Of a stretch of DNA of 32,000 nt, positions 29,178 to 32,000 are shown in pieces. The stretch is from sequence record OZ262643.1. One strand, given 5' to 3'. The notes beneath the pieces are model-generated. The model did not search any database, was not told the DNA's origin, and worked only from the letters and a program-made list of their open reading frames with translations. Every line of letters begins with the position of its first letter. Within the stretch, counting starts at the first letter, position 1. Made by a program: the position numbers and the translations under genes.

Positions 29178-29714
29178 TTATTTACCTGCTTTTCCAACTT
29201 TTCTTCTGATAATTTCGTTTTCATATTTTATACCTTTACCTTTATAAGGTTCAGGAGATCGAACGTCTCTAATTGTTGCTGCTATTTGTCCTACAGTTTC
29301 TTTACTGATACCTGATATAATAATATTGGTATTATTCTCTACTGTTATTTTAATATCTTTTGGTGGTTCTATGCGTACCGAATGACTGTATCCAACGTTT
29401 AATATTAAACTTTTGCCTTCAATTTGAGATCTATAACCAATTCCTTGTATTACTAACTTTTTTGTGAATCCTTGTGATACACCTATTATCATATTATTAA
29501 TGATACTGCGCGATAAACCATATAATTGCCGTGTTTTTTTATCTTCATTGTTCTTGAATAGTTTTAATTGATTACCTTGTTTATCTATTGATATTGATTC
29601 CGGTAATTTATGCTTTAGTGTTCCTTTTTTTCCTTTTACTGATATATTATATTCTTTTATTTCTACTTCTGTATTATCTGGTATTATTATTATTTGTTTT
29701 CCAATTCGTGACAT
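29178..29714 (-). CDS. rpl6: ribosomal protein L6
   Basis: 178 aa starting MSRIGKQIIIIPDNTEVEI, with GYRSQIEGKSLILNVGYSHSV and RSPEPYKGKGIKYENE.IRRK.GK. Confidence 0.95.
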   Translation of the reverse strand: MSRIGKQIIIIPDNTEVEIKEYNISVKGKKGTLKHKLPESISIDKQGNQLKLFKNNEDKKTRQLYGLSRSIINNMIIGVSQGFTKKLVIQGIGYRSQIEGKSLILNVGYSHSVRIEPPKDIKITVENNTNIIISGISKETVGQIAATIRDVRSPEPYKGKGIKYENEIIRRKVGKAGK

Positions 29715-29758
29715 GCTATATAGAAAGTTTTGTTTTTATTTATTTAATACTATTTGAT

Positions 29759-30157
29759 TTACCATATGTAACAAATGACTTCTCCACCTAAACCGTATTG
29801 TCTAGCATGTCTATCGGTCATTAATCCTTGTGATGTAGATATTATTGCTATACCAATTCCACCTAAAACTGTGGGAATTTCTTTATGGTTTGCGTATACT
29901 CTTAATCCAGGCTTACTTATTCTTTTAAGTTCAGTGATTATTGGTTTTTTATGTTTTCCTTTGTATTTTAGAGATATAACCAGATATTTTTTTAAATTTT
30001 CTATGACTTCTTCAAATTGATAAATAAATCCTTCTTCCTTTAGTACTGTCATAATGTTTCTTGTCATCTTTGTTGCTGGTATTTGTACTATTTGATGTTT
30101 TGCTAAATTTGCATTTCTTATTCTCGTTAAGGTATCTGATATAATATCATTGATCAT
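29759..30157 (-). CDS. rps8: ribosomal protein S8
   Basis: 132 aa with [18 protein letters not shown] and [47 protein letters not shown]. Confidence 0.96.
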   Translation of the reverse strand: MINDIISDTLTRIRNANLAKHQIVQIPATKMTRNIMTVLKEEGFIYQFEEVIENLKKYLVISLKYKGKHKKPIITELKRISKPGLRVYANHKEIPTVLGGIGIAIISTSQGLMTDRHARQYGLGGEVICYIW

Positions 30158-30192
30158 AAATAAGTATAAATATTTGAATTAAATTATGTGTT

Positions 30193-30732
30193 TTATTTAA
30201 AAGGCATACCAAATTTTTTGAGTAGAGCTAAACTTTCTTCATCATTTTTTGCTGTAGTTACTATATTAATATCCATTCCTCTGATCTTATCAACTTGTTC
30301 GTAGTTAATTTCTGGAAATATGATTTGTTCTTTTAGTCCTAAATTATAGTTGCCCCTTCCATCAAATTGTTGATTACTAATTCCTCTAAAGTCTCTTATT
30401 CTAGGTAAAGATAGATTAATGAGTTTATTTAAGAAGTCATACATTCTTTCTCGTCTTAGAGTCACTTTTAGACCTATAGGCATATTGTCTCTGATTTTAA
30501 AGCCGGCTATAGATTTCTTCGTTTTTGTAATAATTGGTTTTTGACCAGTGATATATTTAAATTCCTCAATACTTTTTTCTATTATTTTAGCGTTTTGAGC
30601 TGCTTCTCCAATACCTCTGTTGATAGTTATTTTTACTAGTTTTGGTATTTCGTGAATGTTTTGGTAGTTGAATTCCTTTGCTAGCTCCGGTCTAATTTGT
30701 TCTTCATATCTTTTTTGTAATGAATTTTTCAT
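30193..30732 (-). CDS. rpl5: ribosomal protein L5
   Basis: 179 aa with [45 protein letters not shown] and [20 protein letters not shown]. Confidence 0.96.
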   Translation of the reverse strand: MKNSLQKRYEEQIRPELAKEFNYQNIHEIPKLVKITINRGIGEAAQNAKIIEKSIEEFKYITGQKPIITKTKKSIAGFKIRDNMPIGLKVTLRRERMYDFLNKLINLSLPRIRDFRGISNQQFDGRGNYNLGLKEQIIFPEINYEQVDKIRGMDINIVTTAKNDEESLALLKKFGMPFK

Positions 30733-30761
30733 GTTATTGATGTATGATTATCACTTTGAAT

Positions 30762-30992
30762 TTATATTATTTTAATATTTGAATAGTCTATAGGTCCTTC
30801 TATTTGTGTAATATTTCCCTTCTCGTTTGACTGTTGTGCTTTTGTGTGTTTGGTTTGTATATTAATGTTTTCTACAATTACTTTATTTTTTGTACTTAAT
30901 ATCTTTTTAACTATACCAGTTTGACCTTTATGTTTTCCTGATATAATTTTGACTTGATTGCCTCTTTTAACTTTGATTTTATGACTTTTCAT
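30762..30992 (-). CDS. rpl24: ribosomal protein L24 (short form, 76 aa)
   Basis: KVKRGNQVKIISGKHKGQTGIVKKILSTKNKVIVENINIQTKHTK is the KOW motif region. It ends where bacterial L24 continues with a C-terminal extension. Confidence 0.88.
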   Translation of the reverse strand: MKSHKIKVKRGNQVKIISGKHKGQTGIVKKILSTKNKVIVENINIQTKHTKAQQSNEKGNITQIEGPIDYSNIKII

Positions 30993-30995
30993 TGA

Positions 30996-31364
30996 TTAGA
31001 CTACCTCTGGTGCTAGGGATATAATTTTTGTGAAATTTTTATCTCTTAATTCCTTTGCTATTGGTCCAAAAACTCTTGTTCCTCTAGGATTATTGTCTTT
31101 ATTAATAATCACTGCTGCATTATCATCAAAACGAATACTCATACCATCAATCCGACGTAGTGTTTTTTTTGTTCTCACTATAACAGCTCTTACAATGTCT
31201 GATCTTTTAACTGGCATATTAGGAGATGCGTCTTTTACAACTCCTACTATAATGTCTCCAATTTTTGCATAATTAGGATTATTCGTACCTAAAATTTGTA
31301 TGCACATAATTTTACGTGCACCACTATTGTCAGCTATATTTAAGTAACTTTGTGTTTGTATCAT
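30996..31364 (-). CDS. rpl14: ribosomal protein L14
   Basis: 122 aa starting [23 protein letters not shown], with [30 protein letters not shown]. Confidence 0.97.
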   Translation of the reverse strand: MIQTQSYLNIADNSGARKIMCIQILGTNNPNYAKIGDIIVGVVKDASPNMPVKRSDIVRAVIVRTKKTLRRIDGMSIRFDDNAAVIINKDNNPRGTRVFGPIAKELRDKNFTKIISLAPEVV

Positions 31365-31600
31365 GATTTAATTAAGTGTATTACTTGCCATCGTTTATGT
31401 TTGCTTAGGGGTCTTGTTTCTTGTATATGTACTTTATCTCCTATGCGGCATGTATTATTAGGATCATCAACATAGTATCTATTGGTTTTTGATACAATTT
31501 TGCCATATTTTTTATGTGATATAGGTTTTGTTTCAATTACTATGGCAGTTTTATCCATTTTATTGCTTACTACTATTCCAATAGTTTCTTTTCTAGGCAT
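31361..31600 (-). CDS. rps17: ribosomal protein S17
   Basis: 79 aa with [48 protein letters not shown]. Its TGA stop overlaps the rpl14 ATG (ATGA, read on the minus strand at 31364-31361). Confidence 0.93.
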   Translation of the reverse strand: MPRKETIGIVVSNKMDKTAIVIETKPISHKKYGKIVSKTNRYYVDDPNNTCRIGDKVHIQETRPLSKHKRWQVIHLIKS

Positions 31601-31614
31601 ATAATATTTGTATG

Positions 31615-31812
31615 TTATTTTATAATTCTATTTAAGCTTTTAATTTTAGATATTTTGCTCTTTATTTCTCTAGCTAAATGTGGTTTAAAATTTTGTTTAG
31701 TTTTTTGTTTAATTTTTAATAGTACTAATTCTTTTTTTAAATTAATGATGAGTTCTTCTTGTTTACCTTCATCTTGATTCAAAGCTGTTTTAAATTGATT
31801 TATGCTGCCCAT
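31615..31812 (-). CDS. rpl29: ribosomal protein L29
   Basis: 65 aa. The position between rpl16 and rps17 is canonical, and the helical K/E-rich sequence (EELIINLKKELVLLKIKQ) fits L29. Confidence 0.85.
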   Translation of the reverse strand: MGSINQFKTALNQDEGKQEELIINLKKELVLLKIKQKTKQNFKPHLAREIKSKISKIKSLNRIIK

Positions 31813-31835
31813 GTCTGTTGTTATGATTCTAGTTT

Positions 31836-32000
31836 TTATTTGATTATAAACTTTGTTTTTATTGGTAGTTTATAGGATGCTAATTTCATTGCTTGTTCTG
31901 CTATATTCTGAGGTACTCCTGCAATTTCAAATATCATATGTCCTGGTTTGATAACTGCAACCCAATATTCAGGAGCTCCTTTACCCGATCCCATCCTGGT
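31836..32000 (-). CDS. rpl16: ribosomal protein L16, C-terminal 54 codons plus stop; the N-terminus lies beyond the window edge
   Basis: Hand translation of the minus strand gives [54 protein letters not shown] followed by TAA. Confidence 0.93.
   Translation of the reverse strand, partial: TRMGSGKGAPEYWVAVIKPGHMIFEIAGVPQNIAEQAMKLASYKLPIKTKFIIK

Noticed and set aside
1-32000. Search for CRISPR arrays, tandem or dispersed long repeats, transposase, integrase or phage genes, toxin-antitoxin or defence-system-like operons, introns, and plastid ncRNAs (ssrA, rnpB, ffs).
   Set aside because: I found none. Every ORF of at least 60 aa is either a recognisable conserved plastid gene or an antisense artefact. 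Spacers are short and AT-only, with no G/C-rich structured-RNA candidates beyond the 8 tRNAs. This was a by-eye scan, so a covariance-model search (Rfam) would be needed to exclude small RNAs formally.

Overview
This window is a gene-dense, very AT-rich piece of a red-algal-type plastid genome. The gene content (thiS, ycf29, ntcA/ycf28, moeB, dnaB, ilvB, argB, ycf33, ycf38, petF) points to a primary rhodophyte plastid rather than a secondary one. I identify 47 protein genes, counting two cut by the window edges and three small ones missing from the ORF track (psbT, psbN, rpl36), plus 8 tRNAs. The right third is the conserved str/S10-spc-alpha ribosomal superoperon on the minus strand, running rpl16 through rpl29, rps17, rpl14, rpl24, rpl5, rps8, rpl6, rpl18, rps5, secY, rpl36, rps13, rps11, rpoA, rpl13, rps9, rpl31, rps12, rps7, tufA to rps10. 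I see no CRISPR array, transposon, phage or defence-island signature, and no large unexplained ORF, so I cannot support a claim of a new multi-gene system here. Four things deserve a second look. (1) Third-codon-position A/T preference flips abruptly between ilvB and argB (about 13.6-13.95 kb), independent of gene strand. That is the signature of a replication origin or terminus, or of an inversion breakpoint. (2) A 143-aa mini-intein with intact catalytic residues sits in dnaB at the canonical RESG|SIEQD site. (3) Perfect 10-12 bp inverted repeats occur at three convergent gene junctions. (4) Regulatory and sulfur-relay genes are retained: ycf29, an ntcA-like gene, and a thiS plus moeB-rhodanese pair. 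All gene identities come from my recognition of conserved protein motifs and tRNA cloverleaves. No database search was run.
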